Assembly (NCBI GenBank): GCA_964534625.1
Contig: CAZHRF010000003.1
Location: 32,001-96,000, forward strand
DNA length: 64,000 bases
Direction of reading: 5' to 3'
DNA from: an uncultured archaeon
GTDB lineage: Archaea; Asgardarchaeota; Heimdallarchaeia; Heimdallarchaeales; Heimdallarchaeaceae
In this document: positions 1-10,040 of the stretch, piece by piece
Layout of the letters: each line of letters starts with the position of its first letter
Position numbering within the stretch: position 1 is the first letter of the stretch
Notes under the pieces: model-generated
What the model saw: only the letters and a program-made list of their open reading frames with translations
The model's database searches: none
What the model was told of the DNA's origin: nothing
Program-made: the position numbers and the translations under genes

Positions 1-343
1 TTTTACTTGGCCCATTGAATATTAAGTCACCATACTCAAAATGACTTTTTTTCGCCAATAACATTTCAAAGTAAGACATTACCTCAAGCCCCATGTGTAA
101 CTCTTTTGCTGTTTCCAGAACTTTACCCAAGTAATTTGCTTTCACTGCATAACTAATAAAATGATTTGGTACATGTTTATCAAGTGCCTTCTTAAAATCC
201 GTATAATTTTCTTTAAATCGTTCTTGAAGAAATATAAAAAACGGAGTATTATAACCTCCAATTATCTTTTCTATTGGATTACCATAAAGTTGTAAATCAT
301 TCTCTTTATACTTAAGATATGAATACGTCTGCAAATTTTCCAT
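1..343 (-). CDS. PLP-dependent group IV decarboxylase (diaminopimelate/ornithine decarboxylase family), N-terminal part; runs off window
   Basis: Hand translation from ATG at 343: MENLQTYSYLKYKENDLQLYG...TPFFIF...ISYAVKANYL...GLEVMSYFE...LIFNGPSK. YAVKAN is the PLP-lysine motif; IFNGPxK is also typical. Confidence 0.85.
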   Translation of the reverse strand, partial: MENLQTYSYLKYKENDLQLYGNPIEKIIGGYNTPFFIFLQERFKENYTDFKKALDKHVPNHFISYAVKANYLGKVLETAKELHMGLEVMSYFEMLLAKKSHFEYGDLIFNGPSK

Positions 344-460
344 ATATATTCATCCACTATTACTTACTAAACTACTTTATTAATAAATCAAACTATGACA
401 GAAAATAGTTTAATTGTCTTCATACAGTACATTTTAGAAATACCTCTTTAATATTACCCT

Positions 461-1615
461 ATGAAACGAGAGACATTTATCGAACAACTTAATCATGTTC
501 AGAAAAATGTCAACTTAGCGGAAGGTTTACACGGTCTTATACGCGTTTTAGCCTTAATTGACCGAATACCAGGCACAGGAACAAAAATTCTTTCTCAAAA
601 AAGTAATTTGCCAGTTCCACTAGTTGTAGCAATAATAAATGAGTTCTTAAGTGTTGGTTGGTGTAAAAGGGCTTATGGCAACTACATAACCGATAAAGGC
701 AAAGAAGTAATTGAAACTTTAGGTGGAACAAATAGAAGATTTATTTGTACGAATTGTAATGGTTATGGATATGTTTTTCCTTTAGAGCAGTTTACTGATA
801 AGTTAACTATTTACAAGAAATATACAAACATGCGAGGTAAACCAGACACTACAATTGATCAATCATTTGCTACAGCTGAAACTAGTTTAAAACGAGTATT
901 GTTCATGATTCATAATTATGATCTTTTCATCAGTAATTGTGCATTTATTGGAGATAGTGACTTAACAAGTATTGTATTAGCATTGTTTGCACCCAAAGAT
1001 ATTAGAATCACTGTTTTTGATATTGATGTGAGAATAAGAAAAATTATTGAACAAGCAAATTCCGATCTTGATCTAAACATTGAGTTTGTTGAACATAATC
1101 TAAGAGAACCGATTCCATCTCAATACCAAAAGAAGTATAGTTGTATCAACACCGATCCCCCCTATACAATTAATGGTTGTGATTTATTTGTCTCTCGTGC
1201 ACTTGACCTTGTTGATAAGAAACTTGGTGGAACGATTTATCTTTCGTTTGTTAACAAACCGCCTTTACAGATGCTAGATATTCAAAAGACACTAGTAAAT
1301 AAGGGATGTTTAATTACACATATCATTCCCCGTTTTAATGAATATATTGGCGCACAAAAAATAGGCGGCGTTTCTACTCTCTTCCGTATGAGAGTTCAAA
1401 AGTTACCTATCCAACCAATTGATTTTTATGACTGTCCAATCTATACTGGACAGAAGAACCCTTTAGTCAAATTCTATCGCTGTAAAAACTGCGGAACAGT
1501 TATTAAAATAGGTGTGAAAAAAAATATTAAAACTATTGAAGAACTCAAGAAGACAGGATGCAATAATTGTGGTGCTAAAACTTTTTTGAAAATAAAGGAA
1601 GAAAAAGTAATTTAG
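461..1615 (+). CDS. bpsA: Branched-chain polyamine synthase (N4-bis(aminopropyl)spermidine synthase)-like protein with N-terminal wHTH and Zn-ribbon extensions
   Basis: IDQSFAT, IGDSDLTS, VFDIDVRI and TDPPYT motifs of BpsA/DUF43; CxxC pairs before and after the catalytic domain. Confidence 0.8.
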   Translation: MKRETFIEQLNHVQKNVNLAEGLHGLIRVLALIDRIPGTGTKILSQKSNLPVPLVVAIINEFLSVGWCKRAYGNYITDKGKEVIETLGGTNRRFICTNCNGYGYVFPLEQFTDKLTIYKKYTNMRGKPDTTIDQSFATAETSLKRVLFMIHNYDLFISNCAFIGDSDLTSIVLALFAPKDIRITVFDIDVRIRKIIEQANSDLDLNIEFVEHNLREPIPSQYQKKYSCINTDPPYTINGCDLFVSRALDLVDKKLGGTIYLSFVNKPPLQMLDIQKTLVNKGCLITHIIPRFNEYIGAQKIGGVSTLFRMRVQKLPIQPIDFYDCPIYTGQKNPLVKFYRCKNCGTVIKIGVKKNIKTIEELKKTGCNNCGAKTFLKIKEEKVI

Positions 1616-1665
1616 ACAAGCTTGATGTGGATATCCTTTTTATACTCTTTCCCTAAGTATAAGTT

Positions 1666-2334
1666 ATGAAATTGCCAAGTAACATACATATTATTGGGAC
1701 GCGTGCAAAGTCTTATCTTATTGAACGTGAAGATTATGCCATTCTTATTGATACTGGTAGATCAAAAAATGCCAAAAAAATTATTCAAAAAATAAAAGCC
1801 TTTTGTCACAATAAACCCTTAAAAACAGTATTTATCACTCACTCCCATCATGATCATATAGGCGGATTGGAATCAATAGGTCAATTATATGGACCTAAAA
1901 TTGTGTGCCACAAAAAAGAAAAGAAATACATACTAAATGCAGCTCATTTTAAAAAACATGGTTTTAAAGGGTTTAGTCTTTATTTATTTCACAAACTTAA
2001 AAGAATCGGGTACACGGTAGATCAAGTTGTAACTGATTATGATGTAGTTGATGAGATGAAGATTTTTCACGTTCCTGGTCATACTGAAGGAACTATTGCT
2101 ATTGAAGAACCACGTTCTCATGCTTTGTTTGTTGGTGATTCTATTAATATAAACCAAAAAGGTACAAAAATCAAACCACCTTCAAGATTGTTTTCCTTTG
2201 ATTATAAAACAGCAATTTCCTCATCAGTAAGATTACTCAAACATGCAACTCCCAAATATATTCTTCCAGGTCATGGTTCTGTTCTATACACACCTGAACA
2301 GGCAATTAAAAGTTATTTGGAGAAATATGATTAA
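1666..2334 (+). CDS. MBL-fold metallo-hydrolase
   Basis: LIDTG, THSHHDHIGG, PGHTEG, GDS and PGHG motifs. Confidence 0.9.
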   Translation: MKLPSNIHIIGTRAKSYLIEREDYAILIDTGRSKNAKKIIQKIKAFCHNKPLKTVFITHSHHDHIGGLESIGQLYGPKIVCHKKEKKYILNAAHFKKHGFKGFSLYLFHKLKRIGYTVDQVVTDYDVVDEMKIFHVPGHTEGTIAIEEPRSHALFVGDSININQKGTKIKPPSRLFSFDYKTAISSSVRLLKHATPKYILPGHGSVLYTPEQAIKSYLEKYD

Positions 2335-2745
2335 GTATTTGTTAATAATATTAGGAAATAGACGATATCATTTATGTTTGATTTAGGATAAACAGCACTT
2401 TTATAAGGGAGTAGTTTTTTTCAATGATAGTGGATACTGGAGAGTGGCCAAGTGGAACAGTCTAAAGTTAACCCCATGTAAGTTAAACAGGATAATAATG
2501 GGATATATAAGCAATAGTTTAGACTATTCGTGTAAGAAGAAACAGTTTTTACACATTTTTATTACTTCAAACTACTTGATTGGTTTTCTAATAAATCTCA
2601 TTGAAACATTCGCTTGGTCTTATCTATCTTGGTATTTACCCCCAAACAAAATTAGTCAATATTCATCAGAGCAGATTAATATACTACGTGTCCATACCAA
2701 GATCAGATGTATTTTCCTTATTATTCAGAGAGGTGTTAACAACAA

Positions 2746-4803
2746 ATGAGTGAAAAATGGATAATTACAGCAGCTTGGCCTTATTCAAATGCAGTGCCTC
2801 ATTTAGGTACTATGTTGCAATTGCTGAGTGGAGATGTTATCACCCGTTATCATAAAATACAAAAGCATGATGTTATTTATGTTAGTGGATCTGATAGCCA
2901 CGGTACACCAATTATAGTCGCTGCAGAAGCGGAAGGTTTGACTCCCAAAGAACTATCTCATAAATATCATAAGATTATTGTGCAATCTTTAAATGATTGG
3001 AATATCCAATTTGATAATTACACTATAACATACAATCCGGTTCATACTAAATTTGTTCAAGAGTTCTATAAAAAAATATACGATAACGGTTACATGAATC
3101 TTAAAGTTTCTCAACAATATTATTGTGAGAGTTGTTCTAGATATTTACCAGACAGATTTGTCGAAGGCACATGTCCCAAATGTGGTAAAATAGGCGCGCG
3201 CGGTGACCAATGTACAAATCCCGATTGCGAGATTCTTTTAAAGCCCACAGAATTAATAGAACCATATTGTGCTACATGTAAAAATCAACCAGTATTAAAA
3301 GAAACTGAGCACTTTTATTTCGATCTTCCTGCTTTTTCAGAACAACTCACCGAGATGATTAAAGATAACGACAACATTCCTTCTTTTGCAAAGCAAAAGG
3401 CTTTAAGCATGATTGAAGAAGGGTTAATCGAACGTCCCATAACCCGTGATCTTGACTGGGGTGTACCAGCAGAACCCATCTTTGGAGCAAAAGGTAAAAA
3501 TAAGGTGCTATATGTTTGGTCTGAAGCTGTTGTCGGATATATTTCCGCTGTTAAACAATGGGCAGAAGAGAAAGGAAGTGCTGCTCTTTTTGATCAATAT
3601 TGGCATAATTTAGAGACTAAAACAGTTTATTGTATTGGAAAAGATAATCTTATCTTCCATATAATTCTCTTTCCTGCGTTATTAATGGCTACAAAAGATG
3701 AATACCCGCTTCCTCATGCTGTGGCTACAACGAATTTTATAATGTTCAAGGAAGGACCTTTCTCCAAATCCTTAGGTATTGGTCTGTGGGTCGACGAAGC
3801 TATTGATATTCTTGCAGCAGATTATTGGCGATATTATCTCATTGCCAATCGACCTGAAGCTAAAGATAGTTACTTTGATTGGAAAGAATTTGAACGTACT
3901 ATTAATGTGGAATTAAATGACGTTATAGGCAATTTTATACATCGTACAACTACGTTTATTTCACGTTACTTTGGTGGAAAAGTTCCTAAAAGAGGAAAGT
4001 TAAAAAAAGAAGAGAAAGAGTTGTTAAGAGACATAGAAAAATCTATCGAAGAGTATACTCAGGCTATGAATGAATTTAAACTAAAAGATGCCACTAATAT
4101 TGCCTTAACTCTTGCTAGAAAAGGCAACTCATATCTATCTTCAACTCAACCTTGGCATTTAGTTAAAAATAATAAAGAATATGCAGCCACAGTGTTGAAT
4201 CTTCTTGCCAAAGTAACAGAAGTATTAGTAGTTTTATTATGGCCAATAATCCCAAATGCGACTCAGACAGTTTGGATGGCACTTGGGTTTAATGAGGATC
4301 TTGTTGTATATGGACTTGACGGGATAGATATTAACAATACACTTGAAGAACAAAATATAAATGAAATTACCCCCATCTTCCATAAGGTTAAAGAAAAGCA
4401 GCTATTAAAAAAGTTGGAGAGTTATAGAAAAAAAAATAAAGAAGAAAAGAAATTAAAAAAGGAGAAGAAGACTATGAGTGATAAAATTGCATATGAAGAT
4501 TTTCAGAAAGTACAGCTTAAAATTGCTACAGTCAAAAAAGCCGTACCTGTTGAAAAAAGTAGAAACTTAATGAAAATTATTGTAGATCTAGGTGAAGAGG
4601 AAAGACAAATTGTTGCTGGGATTAAACAATATTATGATGTAGAAGACTTAGTTGGGAAACAAATCGTTGTTGTAGCTAATCTAGAACCCGCAAAATTAAT
4701 GGGTATTAAATCAGATGGAATGCTTTTAGCAGCGGATCTTGATGGAGAACCAATTATCTTACATCCCGATAAAAAAGTACCAGCAGGCACTAAAATCAAA
4801 TAG
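2746..4803 (+). CDS. metG: Methionine--tRNA ligase with C-terminal tRNA-binding domain
   Basis: AAWPYSN..PHLG, Zn knuckles, FSKS (KMSKS-like) and a C-terminal Trbp111-like domain (IVVVANLEPAKLMGIKSDGMLL). Confidence 0.97.
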   Translation: MSEKWIITAAWPYSNAVPHLGTMLQLLSGDVITRYHKIQKHDVIYVSGSDSHGTPIIVAAEAEGLTPKELSHKYHKIIVQSLNDWNIQFDNYTITYNPVHTKFVQEFYKKIYDNGYMNLKVSQQYYCESCSRYLPDRFVEGTCPKCGKIGARGDQCTNPDCEILLKPTELIEPYCATCKNQPVLKETEHFYFDLPAFSEQLTEMIKDNDNIPSFAKQKALSMIEEGLIERPITRDLDWGVPAEPIFGAKGKNKVLYVWSEAVVGYISAVKQWAEEKGSAALFDQYWHNLETKTVYCIGKDNLIFHIILFPALLMATKDEYPLPHAVATTNFIMFKEGPFSKSLGIGLWVDEAIDILAADYWRYYLIANRPEAKDSYFDWKEFERTINVELNDVIGNFIHRTTTFISRYFGGKVPKRGKLKKEEKELLRDIEKSIEEYTQAMNEFKLKDATNIALTLARKGNSYLSSTQPWHLVKNNKEYAATVLNLLAKVTEVLVVLLWPIIPNATQTVWMALGFNEDLVVYGLDGIDINNTLEEQNINEITPIFHKVKEKQLLKKLESYRKKNKEEKKLKKEKKTMSDKIAYEDFQKVQLKIATVKKAVPVEKSRNLMKIIVDLGEEERQIVAGIKQYYDVEDLVGKQIVVVANLEPAKLMGIKSDGMLLAADLDGEPIILHPDKKVPAGTKIK

Positions 4804-4972
4804 ATTACAAGAAGTCATCACCAATAACGCCACCTCTTTTTCTTTTTTAATAGCACTAACGCTTGTTTCGAGACTTTGAATTTACAGGAAGAATACTAAT
4901 ATATAAAAATCGTGTTTAAGCTATACTTTAATCGCATTTAATTAGGAGAAAATATCTGGCAACTTACACTGG

Positions 4973-4990
4973 AAATTACTCGGGTAATTT
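4973..4990. promoter_or_regulatory. Inverted repeat AAATTAC-N4-GTAATTT upstream of the RHH gene; candidate operator
   Basis: Perfect 7-bp arms about 60 bp upstream of ATG 5048. Confidence 0.3.
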
Positions 4991-5047
4991 GTCGATATTA
5001 CATCTATTATTAATATCTATAAAATGTTATAGACTAAGTGATAAAAA

Positions 5048-5203
5048 ATGAAATTAGTAACAGTCCATGTTCCGGCTTCTTTCCTTCAAGATCTTGATGA
5101 ACTAGTAAGACAGAAAAGGTACCCAAATAGAAGTGAAGCTATTAGAGTAGCCATTCGAGACTTACTTAAAGATGAAGCTTGGGAAAGAAAAATAGCATAT
5201 TAA
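5048..5203 (+). CDS. Small ribbon-helix-helix protein (CopG/CdrS-like), 51 aa; not in the ORF track
   Basis: MKLVTVHVPASFLQDLDELVRQKRYPNRSEAIRVAIRDLLKDEAWERKIAY; PNRSEAIR is the CdrS/CopG-type RHH signature. Confidence 0.88.
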   Translation: MKLVTVHVPASFLQDLDELVRQKRYPNRSEAIRVAIRDLLKDEAWERKIAY

Positions 5204-5368
5204 AGGAGAATATTCTATCATAAGTGAATAATGTCTCCACCCTTTATTTTCTTCACATCTTATTTTTACTCTAATATGTTAAGGATTTTTAATTTAAATT
5301 ATAGTAGAGTAACTCTGAAGGATTAAAATAAAGAAGGAGAGATAATTCAAAAAAGTAAACAAAAGAAC

Positions 5369-5634
5369 TAAATGGTACGAAGATTAAAAAGAAAATCAAA
5401 GAAGTTTTTCCAATTCATCTACGAAATAGTCATATTGCTCCATACCTTTCTTCCAGAAATCAGAATCAGAAATATTTACACTCATTTCTTTACCCAACTC
5501 TTCAGGAGACTTACTACCACCAGCAGAAAGCAGATTTTTGAATTTTGGAATAAAGGATTGACCTTCTTCTTGATAAATCCTATACAAAGCGTAAAAAAAT
5601 AATTGAGCAAAAGTTTAGAATAATTATAGAAACG
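5369..5634 (-). pseudogene. Degenerate second copy of the pepF 3' end plus the last codons of a paralog of the 846-aa ORF (direct repeat of 8222-8492)
   Basis: 8 substitutions over ~200 nt by hand alignment with 8253-8450 and a 1-nt deletion near the junction. Similarity continues past the pepF stop (KWYED* vs KWYEN*). Confidence 0.92.
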
Positions 5635-8492
5635 GGAGATAGATAGCGAATGTTTTTAACTTAAATACTTAGGTCTCATAATATTGAGTAAGAGATGAAT
5701 TGATGAAAGATAGTATGGGACAGTGGAACTCAACTACTAAAGAGAAGGGAGAGATATTCATCAAAAAGAGACTCGAGGATATAAATCGTCCTAAAATTAT
5801 TACTATACACAAATATATTCAAAAATCAGACCAAGACATATCAGCTATTTTCTCCCAAGAGATCAATCATCTAAAGAATTTTATTAGAATTACTGGACAA
5901 AAAAATGAAGAAGAAATAGTAGCTGTTGAATTTTTAAAATTACTTTTACAAAAAGTAAAAAAAAGAGATCCTTATATCAAGAATTTAGGTGAGTGGCCAA
6001 AATCAATATTGTTATTCTGGAGAGAATATTATAACTTACTAATCTTAAACCAAATAAATAAATTGAAATTGGGTAACTACAAAAACACCAGATATTTGAA
6101 AAAAGGTGAGCTAGAAGCACTACTAAGGTTATTTCTTCACTTCAGTGGAGTAAAACAAAAAAATTACACCCAAAAGCACGCAGAAAACTTGCAAAAAGTT
6201 TGGATAAAACTACATAGTAAATATGATATATTATTACAAAGAATCAATGAATTACAAATAGAGAATGTTCTTTTTGAAGGTTTAGACAAAGCCAACACTA
6301 CGGGTGGTCTAGATAATATTCAAATATATAAATTGTCTAAAAAAACAAAACTTGCTTATGTTTTTACAACACTAAAATTGGGAAATACTGCAAAAAAGGA
6401 GTTTTATTACTACCATCACACGAAAAGTGATGGGAATTATTCAAGTAAGTGGTATGAAAACTTCATTAAAGCAGGTTTGAAAAAAAATCTTGTCCAACAT
6501 ATCGATTCAATGTTGAAGAATTTACCATATATTTCTACTGAGAAAAAGAAATATATCAAACAATTGCTTCTACTCAGATACAGATTTGTACAAGATTCAA
6601 TGGGCGGAGATTTCTTAAATAAATTAAACCAGCAAAGTAAATTCAATTTAGAAAAATCCATTGCTAAATCTTTAGCTAATTCAAGAACCTATAAGTACAA
6701 TGTTAATGTCCATATGAATGGACTGATTAAGCTCAATCAATTGGTTGAGTTATTTCAGAATGGAGGAACAAGAAGAATTACTAAAAACAAGAACCAACAT
6801 CAAAGAGTTTCAAATGATGTCCTCTCCGCTATAGAAATGAAAATGAAAAAAGCAGAAAAAACTTGCAATTTTATAGTTCATGCAAGTTCATTTTATCCTC
6901 TTCTTGAAGTTGACAACAACCAGATTTATGTTAGTGTTAAAGGATTCAATCTGGAAAAATATAACAAGGGAAGTCAAGAGTATTTTATAGCTAAATCCTT
7001 AAATTCCTTAATTAAAGAGATATCAGAAAATACAGCCCAAGAATTTGGATCTAATCTAAAGATTCAGAAGTTTTTACAGAGTGATAAAACAATTGTTGAG
7101 CTTATCACAAATTATCAACGAAAACTATTGAATAGAATGATCAAAAGGGGATTTATTCAAGAATTCACAAACTATTGGGATGAAAAAAATAGTTTCTTTA
7201 CTTTTTCAACGATGTCAGAACAACCAGAAACAATAAATAAGGCAGTTTACAGAAAGTTACGAATATATAGTGTATTTCCATATGATATCATACAACATTG
7301 GGATTTTCCAACAAATAATACACTTAAAGAATTATTAAAAATAAATACCTTTCCATCAAAAATCTGGGAGGACTATCACAAATCAATTTTCCAGCTAATA
7401 AAAAGGAAAAATTTCAATAAAAATATGTTAGAAATTAAGGGGGAGTTTCAAAGTAATAATATCGACATAGATAAAAAGGGAATAGCAATTCTAAAGTCTA
7501 CTAGTTCTTTCATCTGCTTACCTGGTAGTGGAATGGGAAATGCACATCTGTTTTTTGGACAAAAAAGGGAAAAACTTGTTTTCACTTTTGTTGATGAACA
7601 AGGTAATGTACTAACTATACCAAAACGAAGTAGAGGCGTAGTATTATATTATGAGTTTAATCATAAACTAGAAAATAAAAAAAACGAGACATATGATGGA
7701 CTGATCTTACCACTATGGGTTAATTGGGATAATGAAATATTAAGAGTGAGATTTCAATGTGGTAAAAAAAGGATATTAAAATACTGGTTAAGTAATTTAG
7801 AGATGGAATATGGATTACCAAAGAATATTATTAATAAAATGAAAAATGGGGTCGTCTTAAATCAAGTTGATACTGAATTAATGGTTGTTTTTGTACTTAT
7901 TTGTCAAATATTCGTTAAAAACTGGGATATACATCTAGAAAAAATGTGGAAATCTCGAGAAATAAGAAAGTGGTTAAAAACGGAAAATGTTGAAGTATTA
8001 CGTGATAATGATAACAAATGGACATTTATCCATCAAAACACAAAAATGCAAGTATATCCTGCTATTGCAAAAAAAAGAGCTAAAGCCAATAAGCTTCAAT
8101 CAGGACCCTTTTTAATACCACATAAGAACAGTATACTTGGAAAGTATATTGATAATCTTGTGAAAAGGTTAAAGAAACTAATAAGAGAGAATCCAGATGA
8201 TGAAGCGGTAAAAAAAATAAGTAAATGGTACGAAAATTGAAAAGAAAAAAAATCAAAGAAGTTTTTCCAATTCATCTACAAAATATTCATATTGCTCCAT
8301 ACCTTTCTTCCAGAAATCAGGATCGGAAATATCTACACCCATTTCTTTACCTAACTCTTCAGGAGACTTACTACCACCAGTAGAAAGCAGATTTTTGAAT
8401 TTTGGAATAAAGGATTGACCTTCTTCTTGATAAATCCTATACAAAGCGTAAACAAATAATTGGGCGAAGGTATAAGGATAATTATAAAAACG
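5635..8492. mobile_element. Putative single-gene integrative element inserted in the 3' end of pepF
   Basis: Orphan gene bracketed by a ~270-bp direct repeat that includes the pepF C-terminal coding region; no recognisable integrase. Confidence 0.55.
5700..8240 (+). CDS. Large Lys/Asn-rich hypothetical protein (846 aa)
   Basis: Long uninterrupted ORF with a TATA-like TTAAAT at 5661-5666; no family recognised. Confidence 0.85.
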   Translation: MMKDSMGQWNSTTKEKGEIFIKKRLEDINRPKIITIHKYIQKSDQDISAIFSQEINHLKNFIRITGQKNEEEIVAVEFLKLLLQKVKKRDPYIKNLGEWPKSILLFWREYYNLLILNQINKLKLGNYKNTRYLKKGELEALLRLFLHFSGVKQKNYTQKHAENLQKVWIKLHSKYDILLQRINELQIENVLFEGLDKANTTGGLDNIQIYKLSKKTKLAYVFTTLKLGNTAKKEFYYYHHTKSDGNYSSKWYENFIKAGLKKNLVQHIDSMLKNLPYISTEKKKYIKQLLLLRYRFVQDSMGGDFLNKLNQQSKFNLEKSIAKSLANSRTYKYNVNVHMNGLIKLNQLVELFQNGGTRRITKNKNQHQRVSNDVLSAIEMKMKKAEKTCNFIVHASSFYPLLEVDNNQIYVSVKGFNLEKYNKGSQEYFIAKSLNSLIKEISENTAQEFGSNLKIQKFLQSDKTIVELITNYQRKLLNRMIKRGFIQEFTNYWDEKNSFFTFSTMSEQPETINKAVYRKLRIYSVFPYDIIQHWDFPTNNTLKELLKINTFPSKIWEDYHKSIFQLIKRKNFNKNMLEIKGEFQSNNIDIDKKGIAILKSTSSFICLPGSGMGNAHLFFGQKREKLVFTFVDEQGNVLTIPKRSRGVVLYYEFNHKLENKKNETYDGLILPLWVNWDNEILRVRFQCGKKRILKYWLSNLEMEYGLPKNIINKMKNGVVLNQVDTELMVVFVLICQIFVKNWDIHLEKMWKSREIRKWLKTENVEVLRDNDNKWTFIHQNTKMQVYPAIAKKRAKANKLQSGPFLIPHKNSILGKYIDNLVKRLKKLIRENPDDEAVKKISKWYEN

Positions 8493-10040
8493 AAAGTTGG
8501 GCATATAGTAATGCGGTTTCATCGTCCATTCCCATTTCATTTCTTCAAAGTATTCCATTGCTTCTCCATATACTTTGTCTCTTCCTTTTTCCCATCTTTC
8601 CGCTATCGCTTTTCCATCCAACATTGTTCCTTCTTTTATCGCTTCATAGAGACTTTCTTCAAACCAATATCTTGCACTTACTTGAAATATAGCCATCCCC
8701 GCTCCGTCCAGTATATTGCACAAAATTGCTTTCTTTTCCTTATCATTTTCTGCTTTTTTCAGTAACATATCAGTTAGGAGTAACTCGCCAAAAATTGATG
8801 CCGTTTCCGCTATCACCATTGGTGCTCTAGAGTTGAATCTTGTTTGATTAGCATATGAATAGTAATTGTGTGTTGCATGCCCCAATTCATGAGCTAGAGT
8901 ATATATATTATCCAATGAACCAGTATACGTTTGAAGTATAAATGATGTTTCGTTCATATATGATCCCGAACAAAAAGCCCCATTTCTTTTTCCAAATCTT
9001 GGACTAGCATCTATATGGTTTAGTTCAAACATATTTTTCACACATGTCGCATATTCTTCATCAAAATCCTCGTATGCCTTAGTTACTGTTTCTCTTGCTT
9101 CTTTCCATGAGTAGTTCACTTCATCTGTTGTAATGGGGGCGACTACATCATAGTTTTGTAGGGGTACAGGTAATTCCATTATCTTTGCTTTTAGTCTTAA
9201 ATATCTTTGATACAAAGGAGCATTGGTTTCTACTGATGTCATTAAGTTATCAATGATTTCTTGTGATACGTCATTTATTAAATAACTAGCATCTTTTGCT
9301 GTTTTAAAATTTCTACGATTAACAATTTGCATCCAGTCCCCACAGACATTTCTAAGTGCGGAAGAAAATATTATCTCGTCTTTACCTAGACCAGCATAAA
9401 TAGCCCTATATGCTGACTCTCTTGTTGCTCTATCAGGGTGAGTAAACAAGCCATTGGCTTGACCATACGAGAGTTCTTTTTTTTCTCCTTCTACTTCTAC
9501 CTCAAACATTCGGGTATTAAGCCATTTAGATTGAAGTTGATTCCATCCGCTAACTCCAAATTGGTCTTTCTCGATAATTAATTGTTCTTCAACCTCGCTA
9601 AGCTGGTGAGGAACGCGGTTTTTTAATTTTTCCAGATAGTGTTCATAAACAGCTAATTCATCACTTTCCATAAACTCGGGATGATCATAGATCCACTTTC
9701 CTAGTTCAAGATCAACAAAAGCCAACTTTTTTTCAATTTCGGAACTAGCATCTTGAGACATATTAAACAAGGACTGAGTGTCTGATAAAGTCATATTCGC
9801 AGAAAAACTTAAGCTGGCAAACTGAGCCATATTTGTATACTCACTTAAGAAATTCTCCATGGTTTCAATAAGGTGATAGGCGTCTTTAGTAGAAAAACTT
9901 TCCGTATTTATTTTTCCTTTGTATTTATTTTCTATCTTAGAGGCCTTCGCTTTTAATTCTTGGAACTTTTCTTTAACCTTAGGCAAGTCTATACTTGGAT
10001 AAAGTACAGATAAATCCCAAGTAATTTCCTTTTCGTTCAT
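8253..10040 (-). CDS. pepF: Oligoendopeptidase F (M3B)
   Basis: WDLSVLY N-terminus, KRNGAFC, HELGH zinc motif, AETAS, HYY...FYNYPY. Confidence 0.96.
   Translation of the reverse strand: MNEKEITWDLSVLYPSIDLPKVKEKFQELKAKASKIENKYKGKINTESFSTKDAYHLIETMENFLSEYTNMAQFASLSFSANMTLSDTQSLFNMSQDASSEIEKKLAFVDLELGKWIYDHPEFMESDELAVYEHYLEKLKNRVPHQLSEVEEQLIIEKDQFGVSGWNQLQSKWLNTRMFEVEVEGEKKELSYGQANGLFTHPDRATRESAYRAIYAGLGKDEIIFSSALRNVCGDWMQIVNRRNFKTAKDASYLINDVSQEIIDNLMTSVETNAPLYQRYLRLKAKIMELPVPLQNYDVVAPITTDEVNYSWKEARETVTKAYEDFDEEYATCVKNMFELNHIDASPRFGKRNGAFCSGSYMNETSFILQTYTGSLDNIYTLAHELGHATHNYYSYANQTRFNSRAPMVIAETASIFGELLLTDMLLKKAENDKEKKAILCNILDGAGMAIFQVSARYWFEESLYEAIKEGTMLDGKAIAERWEKGRDKVYGEAMEYFEEMKWEWTMKPHYYMPNFRFYNYPYTFAQLFVYALYRIYQEEGQSFIPKFKNLLSTGGSKSPEELGKEMGVDISDPDFWKKGMEQYEYFVDELEKLL

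Noticed and set aside
2444-2749. 101-aa ORF, and a tRNA-like 5' fragment (GGAGAGTGGCCAAGTGG) / ORB-like GTTCCACTTGG near 2438-2460
   Set aside because: The ORF has no recognisable features, there is no cloverleaf continuation, and a single partial ORB-like word without cdc6 is insufficient.
5372-5602. 76-aa + strand ORF and 63-aa - strand ORF
   Set aside because: They are the shadow and the fragment of the duplicated pepF tail, not independent genes.
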